Source: Antedon mediterranea (lineage: Eukaryota; Animalia; Echinodermata). Taken from it: a stretch of DNA of 64,000 nucleotides. The notes under the pieces were generated by a model. The model searched no databases and was not told the DNA's origin. It worked only from the letters and a program-made list of their open reading frames with translations. The position numbers were made by a program, and so were the translations under genes. The stretch spans positions 31,183,648-31,247,647 of the forward strand of contig NC_092673.1 in NCBI RefSeq assembly GCF_964355755.1, in the 5' to 3' direction. Positions 12,423-24,800 of the stretch are shown one piece after another. Each line of letters begins with the position of its first letter. The first letter of the stretch is position 1.

Positions 12423-15400
12423 ATGTCTCTGGATTTTGTATCTGAAGCTGATACAACTTATCTGACAGACAATTTTTTGCCGTCTGAAGATTGGGGTACG
12501 TATAATTAGGCATTCATTCTCGGTTGTATTTTGTTATTTTTTTAGCCCCATTTTCATTCGGCATCAAATCCAATCAAGCAGAACCGATGCCTTTTAAATT
12601 CATTTAATTGGGCCGGGTATCAACCATGGAAACACCACGTACACGTTTACACTGGCTTAGCCTAAAAACATGACTCTAGCCGACCTAGTATAGCTAGCTA
12701 GAGGGCCTAGCTAGGCAGATTAACAATAATATGTTAATTTATATTTAAACTAGGGCCTAGTTAGATGATTGTTTTTATCTGTAGTGTAGGTCATATATAT
12801 GTTGATATATATAGTACTGTACTTTAGTAGTAGGCCAACAAAGTAGACTAGAGGCCTAGTTGTAGTAGTAAGACTAACCCAGTCCTAGCATTATTGTAAT
12901 TTTATTGTATATAAATAAATACACTGAGCCTATAAAATTTACTGTATTATATTTTTATTAATTTTACTGTATAATAAATTATTTATATTTAATTTATTAA
13001 TTAATTTAGATAATGATCTTGGCAAGTTAGACATTTTAGCAGACAGCATATCAAGTGCCGACCTTCTGAGTGACATTCCACATTTGAAGGTTTGTATAAT
13101 ATTACTTGACAAAATGTAAATTTAGTATCTGTGACAAGTTCTCTTTTTTTCTTTGCATCCTGTAGTGGGTGAAAGGTAGTGGTGCTTCACTGTCTGTAGG
13201 TGATCATGGGTTCAAACTGGCATACCTGATTCTCTGTTGTGATATTTAATGATCCCTCTTGCTTACTTTTTCAGTTGAGATTGTGTTGGATGTTACTCTT
13301 CTAGTTGTAATGTATTAAAGTCTCTATTTCATTTAATCACTGTTTTAGAATCCTCTTGGAAATTTTGTGGACTCTAAGGTTACAGACTGGTTTGGTGCTG
13401 ACCTGGGAAATCCATGGGATCACCTGGATTCAGAAATCAATGAAGTCATTGGAGGTAAGTATTAAATGTACAATAAAGAAGTGAAATATTTAAGTACCAT
13501 ATTCAAGCTGTTAGTTAAAGGAACTTTATAAAGATATATATGTTTTTGGAAAGACCCTACAAAATACAGTACTTCAATGGAGATCCAGCTTTTCAGGAAG
13601 TCTGGCTTCATTGATGGCATTCTTCTCATCATAAAGTTGTACTTGCCATAGTAATTACATTGTAGTGTTTTTCTCCATGATTGCATATGGGCTAAACATT
13701 TGAATGAATAAAAGCATGTTTGATTATTAATATACAGATTATTGTTAGTGATTAATAACACTTATTTTTTATATTAATAACAGGTATTAATATAAAGGCA
13801 GAACCACTGTCGCCTCCACCATCATCTACATGCTCTGAAGATTCTGCCGATAGTGGTACTCATGTAAGTCAAAGATAAAGAATTTTTTATACAAACCTTA
13901 TAGTGAAAAATGTAAAACATCCGGGCTACAGCTGAGTAGCATGTAATAAGTGTATGACTGGGCTAATAAATCACATAAAAAGGGTGGTCTGAGAGGTTGA
14001 TCCGTTTGTAATGGGGTATCAAAATGACAAGTATTGTACAGTTTGAAACCACTCAGAGTGGGATGGAGAGGGAGTACCGCTCTGGGGTGGATATCTAGTA
14101 TTTTATAATTACTATATAAGCATATAGTTTGTAATGTTAATTTAGACCATCAAAAGCTTAGTACAGTAATTTCTGAGACTCTGTTCTATTGAAATTTAGA
14201 AATTATTACTTAATTTTCGCATTTTCTTTTCATTCAGAGTATTTCAAGTCCAACATGTGCACACATAGATTTAAAAATAGAAACACCCCCTCTGAGCCCC
14301 CCGCAAGATGAAATGACACCGCTTACTGGTCCAAACTTTGTGCCAACCGTTAACGGAGTGAGCGTAGTAAATGAGGTGATAGTCGGGCAGCCAGTGAGGC
14401 TGAAGAATGGGAAGCGCATACTACCAAGGCCGCAGACAATACGTCAGGTTATAATTCCCAAGACTGATCCAAATATAGTGACGGTATCAACAGCTAATAA
14501 CATGAAGGTCACTCCAATATCAGGTATGCATTTCTGGGTGTTTTTGTGGGGAGGGGGTGGGGTTGATTGCGATGCCATTATTAAGGGGATGTATATTGTG
14601 TCATCCAATTATTTTAGTAGGTTTCATTTTTTTTTTTTAACTGATAAAATACTTTTATTGCAACTTTTGAATTTGTTGAATTATACAATATATTATAATA
14701 TATATTATCCTTTGGGATATCCTCTTTTAGGACACCTTTTATCGCCCTTATTGGGTGGACACCTTCTTGTGAAGCAAATGTGGAATGATATGTTATGACT
14801 TAACACTACAGTCAACCTTTATTTAAAGGAATCTCCTATTAAGACAGGGTATAATTTGTTTGGTCCTAGTTGATCTGTAACTTTTAAGTCATGTAAAATA
14901 TTATTACCACCAGAACTATAAACATTGTGTAGTAAGTATATCATATCTCTGTTTTAACTTAGAAGTTAATTTTAGAACAAATTTTAATTTCAGTTGCCGG
15001 TCAACGTATTGTTCTGGCACCCTCCAACGTGAAACCATTAAGCACAACTTCAGTGATTACCTCATCTGAGGCTCCGCCAACAAAGCAAGCTAGACTGAGT
15101 AATATCAATGTTCCAAAACCTGTTTTAGCCCCAGTTGTTACAGAACCTACATGTCCCCCCGACATAGATGTAAGTATTTTACGTTTTGGATGTTCTATTA
15201 CTATTTTTCTCTACTTGTAACTTTTTTATTCAAGAAATCATGTTAGTAGATAAGTTTGTATATTTAGATTGTGATAAGCTTTGATTAGCTATCTATACCT
15301 TATCACCATTTGTCAATTATTTTTTGTTGACAATAAAGAGCAAATTATATTATTTATAAAATTTTCTGACAATAAAAAAATGCTAATTTGATCTGCAACT

Positions 15401-18400
15401 GCTTTATTTTCAGGTGCGGATATGGAAAAGACAACAAAGAATGATTAAAAATAGAGAATCTGCTTGTTTGTCTAGGAAAAAGAAAAAAGAGGTAATTTGC
15501 AATTGTGAAACAAATATTTCTCTTTTAACACGAATCTTTTAAAAGAACTTATCTGAGGACACATTAATGCCATGATAGTGTGTCCCTTTAATAAGTGTAT
15601 TTAATTTACAGGGAATTTTGTACCAACTTATTTTTTAAATGCTAAGAGAAAACTTATTTCAGCTACATGAACTAGATGAAAAATAGCATTAAATAACATC
15701 AGTATTTATATTTTTTTTCCACAGTATTTAACAAATTTAGAAGTACAGATTCATGACATCCAAGAAGAGAATGACGAACTTAGAAGAGAGAATTTATCAC
15801 TTAAACAACAATTAGAAGCATTAAGACACGACGTAAGTATTCTATGATATCCGACTTATCCTAGTTAAGTTGCCTCAACCTTTGGGAGAATAATTAAGCT
15901 GTTGGTCCTGTGTAAATTGTTTATTTCTTAACCTATCCTGTTTAAATTTTTATATTAATGGTTTTCTTTTTCAGTATGATCATTTGTCCAAGATGCGATC
16001 AATGCTGCCCTCAACGACTAAAACTGCCACATGTTTGTTAGCTGTAGTGTTTATTATCGGTTTCAACGTAGCTCCATTAAGGTATGATAAAGTTAATTTT
16101 CAAATTGCAAATTGGTTTAATATTGTGTGTACCTTAGTATATTGCATAGATTTTAGAGAGCTTCTAGTGAAGAAACCCACCCCAGGGCAGGGGATGTCAT
16201 TTTGGATCCAAACCTTTCATCACCATTGTGGTCATTTTGATACTCCATGTGTACCCGGTGTGCAATACCAAAAATGAACAAATGTACTAATGCTCTATAT
16301 GCATTCCATAGAGCTATAAGTTTCATAGAGTTATAAGTCACATAGAGTATAGTATAGAACTATAAGTTGTATAGAGCTATAAGTTGTATAGAGCTGTAAG
16401 TTGCATAGAGCTATAAGTTGCATAGAGCTGTAAGTTGCATAGAGCTGTAAGTTGTATAGAGCTGTAAGTTGTATAGAGCTGTAAGTTGTATAGAGCTGTA
16501 AGTTGTATAGAGCTGTAAGTTGTATAGAGCTGTAAGTTGCATAGAGCTGTAAGTTGCATAGAGCTGTAAGTTGCATAGAGCTGTAAGTTGCATAGAGCTG
16601 TAAGTTGCATAGAGCTGTAAGTTGCATAGAGCTGTAAGTTGCATAGAGCTATATGTTGCATAGAGCTATAAGTTAATAGAGCTATAAGTTGCATAGAGCT
16701 ACAGTATATGTTCATTTGAAACCCCGCCCACTGCTCACCCACACTAGTTTTTGATATCTTTTTAATGTATTTAATATTTGTGTATTCATTTCAGTGTTTT
16801 CAATACGCAGCATGCAGCACCGCAATATATCAAAACCGTTCACAACAGTAGAAATTTATTATCTTTTAATGAAAACACTACATCCTTATACAACACCTCC
16901 AGCGACCAAGACATAATGGACGTCACGTTCACACAAGAAGAACGCAACCAGCTTATGTTGTTAAATGATATGAGTAATTATCCGATGTCTAAGGCTCATC
17001 CATCATGTCCATTTAATTCTACAGAAGTGTTGAGGTATGTATCTTTATTAATATTCCAATCTTAAGGTCCCAGACTCAACCCTAACTGTTTCTACTCTAT
17101 TTCCTCTTATCAATTAAGAATTTTTCTTAAACAAATCATAAATGGGGGAGAATATTTCTATGAGTTGAAAATATCCTGTCCATTTAACGAGTAAAAAAAC
17201 TATGGATGACTACAGTATAGCATATATGTAATGTTTGAATGAACAAAATTGGTTGCTTCTATTTCGAAAAAATATATTGAATATCGAAACATGGCAGGCT
17301 ATAGGCGCTTGACCTTTGACAAGATCGCCTAAAATTTATAATTTAAATCTACGATACTTAGTATGTATATTCAGGAATAGCCGCTCCATAGTCTCTTTGC
17401 TTTTCTTCCTTATATCTTATTCTGATTAACTCAAAATTATTTTTACTAACAAACATTACTATTTGTATGCCTAGTGTGTAAAAACATTATTGACATAATT
17501 TCATAAACATCTTCATGTCGTACAACTACTCGTAACATTTTTTCTCAACTTTCTATCATCTAAAGTCGTAGTTAGTCATGCCTCGGGTCACATTTTATGG
17601 TCTCCGTACAGGTAGGCTACTACATCAGTACTTCTATGAATGGATGACTAGCCGGTGACAATAACGCTAGTTGGTCATACACAGTACCGTTTTTGATTTT
17701 ACGATCATTCGGGAAACCACCTCACGACAAGAATTTTAGTCAAAAAACCTTAAAATTCATTTTTCAACAGTTGTTCTTGTATTTATTTTATTCAAATTTA
17801 AAAGAAATTATTGTACTAATAGTTTGCAATATCTAATATATTTCAATTATTTTATGTTATTCTGTTTAGGTTAGCAGATAAATTAAAAGGTTGGGTGTTT
17901 GGTCACGAACAAGAAAAAAAGAAAAGTGCGCAGAAAAGTAAAAAATCTGTAAGTATTACATTTATTTTCTAAAATAATTTGTAATAACATTTGTAACTTG
18001 TAATGTAACTTTTTATGATTATGATATTAAATGTAAATGTTCACCTGATGTGTAATCAACACTGTATAAAGCTCTGTCTACACTATCAAACTAGTTTGAC
18101 AAAAAAGGTTCACCGGTTCTCGTCAGATCACCGAAGTTAAGCAACGTTGGGCCCGGTTGCGTTCTGGATGGGAAACCGTCTAGAAATCGTGGCGGGTGCT
18201 GTATATACTGGAGAGTGATGGTGTAATGGTAATATCGGACTAGCATGTGATAGGCATGGGTTCGAGGTTATCTGTACCATACTAATTGCATCCTTAGGCA
18301 AGATGCTTTACTCTCATTGCCTAATATGGTAGGCGCTGCACTGCTGGCTGCCGTGGGTCCGTGGAGGGCCTAATCCGAATTTCCTCACTGAGGACAAATA

Positions 18401-19449
18401 TTAATACAAAATACAAAAATACAAAAATACAAAGGTGTGACGTGCCCAAATATGGTAGTGATATGACATCATCATATCCATATATGGGCACATCACATTT
18501 TTTTTGTAACATAAAGTTTACCATTTTTGATATAAAAAATTGTATACACATTTATAATATTTTATTATTTAAAGAAATCTCTGAAGAGGAGAAAGCGTGA
18601 CATGGCCCGTAAAATGACTTCTCAAATGGAGAACGTAGATGAGCGTGGCCTGCAGCTGTATGACAGCCTCTTTGACAGGCGCTACGCGAATCTCCTGAAT
18701 GCTCTCGACAGGAAAAACGACACATATTATGTTGTGTCCTTTAGAAGAGTAAGTTGTCAATTAATTCCCATTTACTGATTAAAAAACGTTTTAAATAATA
18801 TATGTGTTTTTGGCAAGTAAAGGTTTTGAAAACTCTGACAATGTTGACCTGATTCAGAGACAACATTTGACATTTAGAACTGTGACTGAACTCAAATATA
18901 TACATTTACAGTCCATTAGGTGATTACTTTCCTAACAATAAAGTTCTCAATTTTTTAATTACATATATTCTCCCAACAATTAGGCTGGGGAAAAAACTCT
19001 AAACCTGACCTACTCAAAACAAGTGCTCACCATAAAACGACCCTTTGACTAACCTATCCCTAATGTATGTAACTTTAATTAATTTGATATATTATAGGAT
19101 CATCTGTTACTACCAGCACTCCAACATAACAACACTGGAAGACCCAAAATATCTGTGCTTATGCCAGCCCTAAGATTGAATGGTAAGTGGTGTTTTTTAT
19201 ATCATTTTTAACATACAATGTTTAATGTATATTTTTCGATTATTCTATTTAAACACATGTATATCTGTAGATTCAACAGTGGATGATCACATGATGGATC
19301 ACATGTCCATGATGCAAATAGATTGTGAGGTAATGGATACGCGTGTCATACAAGTTAAAAATGCTCCAGCGACCTCCACGGCCAAAGATCACATAATGAC
19401 CGATAACGAACCAATCAAGTTTCATCCAAGAAACATCACAATACCGTGA
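12423..19449 (+). CDS. ATF6: ATF6, ER-membrane bZIP transcription factor of the unfolded protein response (14 coding exons, about 616 aa)
   Basis: Exons 12423-12495, 13010-13089, 13349-13454, 13784-13863, 14238-14523, 14994-15169, 15414-15491, 15725-15832, 15975-16081, 16795-17034, 17870-17948, 18575-18748, 19098-19182, 19271-19449; all GT-AG and phase-consistent. Motifs: N-terminal [18 protein letters not shown], basic region [22 protein letters not shown] plus leucine zipper, TM segment [16 protein letters not shown], site-1 protease motif RNLL, luminal [17 protein letters not shown] and MMQIDCEV. Confidence 0.95.
16305..16702 (+). repeat. 17-bp minisatellite (GTTG(C/T)ATAGAGCT(G/A)TAA)n in an ATF6 intron
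   Basis: About 22 visible copies; source of the spurious [12 protein letters not shown] ORFs. Confidence 0.95.
18070..18520 (+). mobile_element. Harbinger-like MITE family A copy, interrupted by the 5S SINE and missing most of the right TIR
   Basis: Starts TAA|AGCTCTGTCTACACTATCAAACT and resumes GTGACGTGCCCAAATATGG after the SINE, colinear with intact copies. Confidence 0.75.
18110..18430 (+). mobile_element. SINE with 5S rRNA-derived head, tRNA-like segment, conserved core and (ATACAAAA)n tail
   Basis: 18110-18204 matches 5S rRNA from about nt 25 (CACCGGTTCTCGTCAGATCACCGAAGTTAAGCAAC...GGATGGG...GGGTGCTGTA). A box TGGTGTAATGG and B box GGTTCGAG follow. Core TCCTTAGGCAAGATGCTTTACTCTCATTGCC. 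AAAGGT on both sides (18104-18109, 18431-18436). Confidence 0.8.
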
Positions 19450-19729
19450 AATAGGCATTCGCTGATGCCGAAAAAAGTGCCTTAATGTGATTGGTTGGTA
19501 TCGATGCTGTTGAGCTCTAATTGGCCAATCGTTATGCATGATTGGTTCTCCATGTGAAGTTATGCAAGTTCGGCGCCCCCTGTGAATCAACAACTGTGGA
19601 AATTTATTTAGACAAGTATGAAGAAAGTGAAGAATTGGAATTAAATTTAGTTGTACAGAATGAAGTTGTAAAACATGTGGACCAAACAAATTTGATATTT
19701 CTAAAATTCAATGCATTGTTTTGAAAAGG

Positions 19730-20050
19730 TTGGAATTAAAACGGGTAAGATTGAAATTAAATCATATAAGATTGAAATTAAAACTGATTAGATTGAAACT
19801 AATAAGATTGAAATTAAAACTGATAAGATTGGAATTAAAACTGATTAGATTGAAACTGATAAGATTGAAATTAAAACTGATAAGATTGAAATTAAAACTG
19901 ATAAGATTGAAATTAAAACTGATAAAATTGAAATTTAAACTGATGAGATTGAAGTTTAAACTGATGAGATTGAATTTTAAACTGATGAGATTGAAATGTA
20001 AACTGACAAGATTGAAATTTAAACTGAAAAATTTTTAATTAAGATTTAAA
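19730..20050 (+). repeat. About 21-bp minisatellite (TTGAAATTAAAACTGATAAGA)n downstream of the ATF6 stop
   Basis: About 15 copies; gives the spurious LKLKLIR ORF. Confidence 0.9.
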
Positions 20051-21832
20051 TTGAAAGTACAGTATGATGTATAAGGGCCAAACAAATCGATTTAATATAT
20101 ACTTGAAATTTAATACATTTGATTAAAAAGAATAATCTTGATTATACAATTGATGAAATAATATTGGATTGAAATAAGATTTTTAAATTTGTTTGAATTG
20201 AAAATTTTGATTTCAGTCCACTGATTAAAATTATGTTGGAAATTTTAGTCCATGGATTAGAAGAATGAAATATAAGTATTACCTTACTAAATCTTACATG
20301 TAAAATTGAGAAAAGTTTTTAGTTATGAAATCACTTATGGTGGTTAAATCAGGGAGGTATAATTTACCTTCCTGCTTAAAACATTTATATGCTGCCTATT
20401 ATTTATTTCATTTTGTAAATTAACAATCTGAAAGAGATCAATTACAATGTTATGTTATTGATAATTGTAAATATTTAATATTTGTTTTTTTAATAACTTT
20501 CTTGACTATTCTTGTTTTTCTTCGGGTACTAGATTGATACATTGTTTTATCTTTAAACCCCACATTATTGGAGATAAGTTAGATACTGTAGTAGAAGTGT
20601 TCTTATAATGATGAAGCATTAGGCATAATGTGATAGCTTCAGCAACTACCCCAATTTTTAAATTTGAAATTAGCCTAAACATTTTTGGTCAATGTACTTA
20701 ATTTTTTTTTCCCTTAACACTTGGTTAAATCTTTTTTAAGAATGGTGTGGGTTGGTTGTAATTTTTTACTAACTTGAGCACGCGACTGCAGTTGTTTTAG
20801 TTGTTTACTTTGAAAATAATCTTATGAAAAACTGGTCAGGATGAAAAAATGTAGTTGATAGATATTATTCTGAAATTGTATAGTATTAGTATTTATATTG
20901 ATGTATTAGATTATATTAGTTAACAGATTTTTCACAATACCTGTGCTCTGAAAAGCCTTCTTCAAAATATTGTTGCAGCCAGACATAACATTAAAGGGCT
21001 GTTAAGAGTTCCTATCTTGGCAAGGCGAGCTCAGTGTCCTGTTGTTAGATTTCCTTGGAATTAGATAGTTTTATTACACTTCTATTGGTAGAGTAGTATG
21101 TGGTTGTAAACTAACTTAAGATGAAAAATATGTTTTAATATTAAAAACTGTTACAGTATAAAATACTGTAGTTTTGTTTCTATATAGGTAATTCTACAAA
21201 AAAGCTTGTCATATGAAAACAGATTTTTTTTTAGCATATTTTTTAATAATTTATATTTTACACCATACTGGTGTGAAGGAGGTGAAGGGGATAAACCGTT
21301 TCTTGTTAGGTAAAATATGTAGGCATACATGTTATCATTATTTTTTAGAAAAATATGTTTTATGATTGATTAAATTTTATATTATATTAAGTCACCAGGA
21401 ATATTGATTGAATATTTCAGCAAAGGATCTCGCAAAGTTATCATCAATAACTTGTATTGTGTAGGTGGTTATGTTTACTTTATTTACAATATGTGCATAT
21501 ATAAATTAGCAAGTTTATATAAACCATAAATATAAAAAAAAAATAGTTAATTTTTGTATGCACATGCAAAGTGTATTTTATAGTAGTGTTTTATATATCC
21601 TTTTATTGTCTGTACTTAGTGCAGTTTAAAAACTCAGAAATATTAAAATTTCATTATAAAATATATTTTGGATTGTTATTTTTATATATTGTCCAAATGT
21701 TAATGAAGAGAAACAAGGTTTTTATGTTTGCCAATTTTTCTGAAAATTAAACAAAATATTCACTTTTTAAAATTCAATAATTATGCGATAATATTGCCAT
21801 TATATGCGCATATATTGTGTTATCATCTTATA

Positions 21833-24800
21833 GAGCCATAGTAACTAGTTATGTCAAAAAATAAAAGGGTCAAAATTTGCTGATTTTTCAAAAATTTCCC
21901 TGTATTATTACTACAGGGATTTTTTTTCAAAATGGCAAATTTTTGACCTTCGAACGCATTATTCGACTCTGCGCATGTTTATTATGCTACAGTAACCATT
22001 TATGTCAAAAGTGGTTACTATAGCACAATTGACATGCGCAGAACCCATTATTCGACTCTGCGCATGTTTATTATGCTATCGTAACCATTTATGTCAAAAA
22101 ATAAAAGGGTCGAAAATTTGCTTTTTTTCTAAAATTTCCCTGTACAGGGATTTTTTTTTAAAAATGGCCAATTTTTGACCTTTTTATTTTTCGATAAAAC
22201 TGGTTACTATAGCACAATTGACATGCGCATGTTTATTATGCTATAGTAACCATTTATGTCAAAAGTGGTTACTATAGCAAAATTGACATGTGCAGAACCC
22301 ATTATTCGACTCTGCGCATGTTTATTATGCTATAGTAACCATTTATGTCAAAAAATAAAAGGGTCGAAAATCGTCCATTTTTTGAAAATTTCACTGTACT
22401 ATTATAGTACAGGGATTTTTTTCCAAAAAATGCCTAATTTTCGACCATTTTATTTTTCGATAAAACTGGTTACTATAGCACAATTGACATGCGCAGAAAC
22501 CATTATTCGACTCTGCGCATGTTTATTATGCTATAGTAACCCTTTATGTCAAAAGTTGTTACTATAGCAAAATTGACATGCTTAGAACCCATTATTCGAC
22601 TCTGCGCATGTTTATTATGCTATAGTAACCATTTTTGTCAAAAAAATAAAAGGGTTGAAAATCGGCCATTTTTCGAAAATTTCCCTGTACTATAGTACAG
22701 GTATTTTTTCTAAAAATGGCCAATTTTCGACCTACTTATTTTTCGATAAAACTGGTTACTATAGCACAATTGACATGCGCAGAACCCATTATTCGACTCT
22801 GCGCATGTTTATTATGCTATAGTAACCATTTTTGTCAAAAAATAAACGGGTCGAAAATCGGCAATTTTTCGAAAATTTCCCTGTACTATAGTACAGGGAT
22901 TTTTTCTAAAAATGGGCGATTTTCGACCCTTTTATTTTTTGACAAAAATGGTTACTATAGCACAATTGACATGCGCAGAACCCATTATTCGACTCTGCGC
23001 ATGTTTATTATGCTATAGTAACCGTTTATGTCAACAAATAAAAGGGTTGAAAATCGGCCATTTTTCGAAAATTTCCCTGTACTATAGTACAGGGATTTTT
23101 TCTAAAAATGGCAAATTTTCGACCTTTTTATTTTTCGATAAAACTGGTTACTATAGCACAATTGACATGCGCAGAACCCATTATTCGACTCTGCGCATGT
23201 TTATTATGCTGTAGTAACCCTTTATGTCAAAAGTAGTTACTATAGCACAATTGACATGCGCAGAACCCATTATTCGACTCTGCGCATGTTTATTATGCTA
23301 TAGTAACCATTTTTGACAAAAAATAAAAGGGTCGAAAATCGGCCATTTTTCGAAAATTTCCCTGTACTATAGTACAGTGATTTTTTCTAAAAATGGCCAA
23401 TTTTCGACCTTTTTATTTTTCGATAAAACTGGTTACTATAGCACAATTGACATGCGCAGAAACCATTATTCGACTCTGCGCATGTTTATTATGCTATAGT
23501 AACCATTTTTGACAAAAAACTAAAAGGGTCGAAAATCGGTCATTTTTCGAAAATTTCCCTGTACTATAGTACAGTGATTTTTTCTAAAAATGGCCAATTT
23601 TCGACCTTTTTATTTTTCGATAAAACTGGTTACTATAGCACAATTGACATGCGCAGAAACCATTATTCGACTCTGCGCATGTTTATTATGCTATAGTAAC
23701 CATTTTTGACAAAAAACTAAAAGGGTCGAAAATCGGTCATTTTTCGAAAATTTCCCTGTACTATAGTACAGGGATTTTTTCTAAAAATGGGCGATTTTCG
23801 ACCCTTTTATTTTTTCTAAAAATGGCCAATTTTCGACCTTTTTATTTTTCGATAAAACTGGTTACTATAGCACAATTGACATGCGCAGAACCCATTATTC
23901 GACTCTGCGCATGTTTATTATGCTATAGTAACCCTTTATGTCAAAAGTGGTTACTATAGCACAATTGATATGCGCAGAACCCATTATTCGACTCTGCGCA
24001 TGTTTATTATGCTATAGTAACCATTTTTTGTCAAAAAATAAAAGGGTCGAAAATCGGCCATTTTTCGAAAATTTACCTGTACTATAGTACAGGGATTTTT
24101 TCTAAAAATGGCCAATTTTCGACCTTTTTATTTTTCGATAAAACTGGTTACTATAGCACAAATTGACATGCGCAGAACCCATTATTCGACTCTGCGCATG
24201 TTTATTATGCTATAGTAACCCTTTATGTCAAAAGTTGTTACTATAGCACAATTGACATGCGCAGCACCCATTATTCGACTCTGCGCATGTTTATTATGCT
24301 ATAGTAACCATTTTTGTCAAAAAAATAAAAGGGTCGAAAATCGGCCATTTTTCGAAAATTTCCCTGTACTATAGTACAGGGATTTTTTCTAAAAATGGCA
24401 AATTTTCGACCTTTTTATTTTTCGATAAAATTGGTTACTATAGCCCAATTGACATGCGCAGAACCCATTATTTGACTCTGCGCATGTTTATTATGCTATA
24501 GTAACCATTTATGTAAAAAAATAAAAGGGTCGAAAATCGGCCATTTTTCGAAAATTTCCCTGTACTATTAGTACAGGGATTTTTTCTATAAATGGCCGCA
24601 ATTTTCGACATTTTTATTTTTCGATAAAACTGGTTACTATAGCACAATTGAAATGCGCAGAACCCATTATTCGACTCTGCGCATGTTTATTATGCTATAG
24701 TAACCCTTTATGTCAAAATTAGTTACTATAGCACAATTGACATGCGCAGAAACCATTATTCGACTCTGCGAATGTTTATTATGCTATAGTAACCATTTTT

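Noticed and set aside
16331-16742. Three overlapping minus-strand ORFs
   Set aside because: Artefact of the 17-bp minisatellite.
17066-17749. Possible TTAA-flanked element (TTAA|GG...CC|TTAA)
   Set aside because: Terminal inverted match too weak to support.
18110-18204. Functional 5S rRNA gene
   Set aside because: Lacks the first roughly 24 nt, has a diverged internal promoter and no oligo-T terminator, and is fused to a SINE body.
19721-20038. Leu/Lys-rich 105-aa ORF
   Set aside because: 21-bp minisatellite with a non-ATG start.
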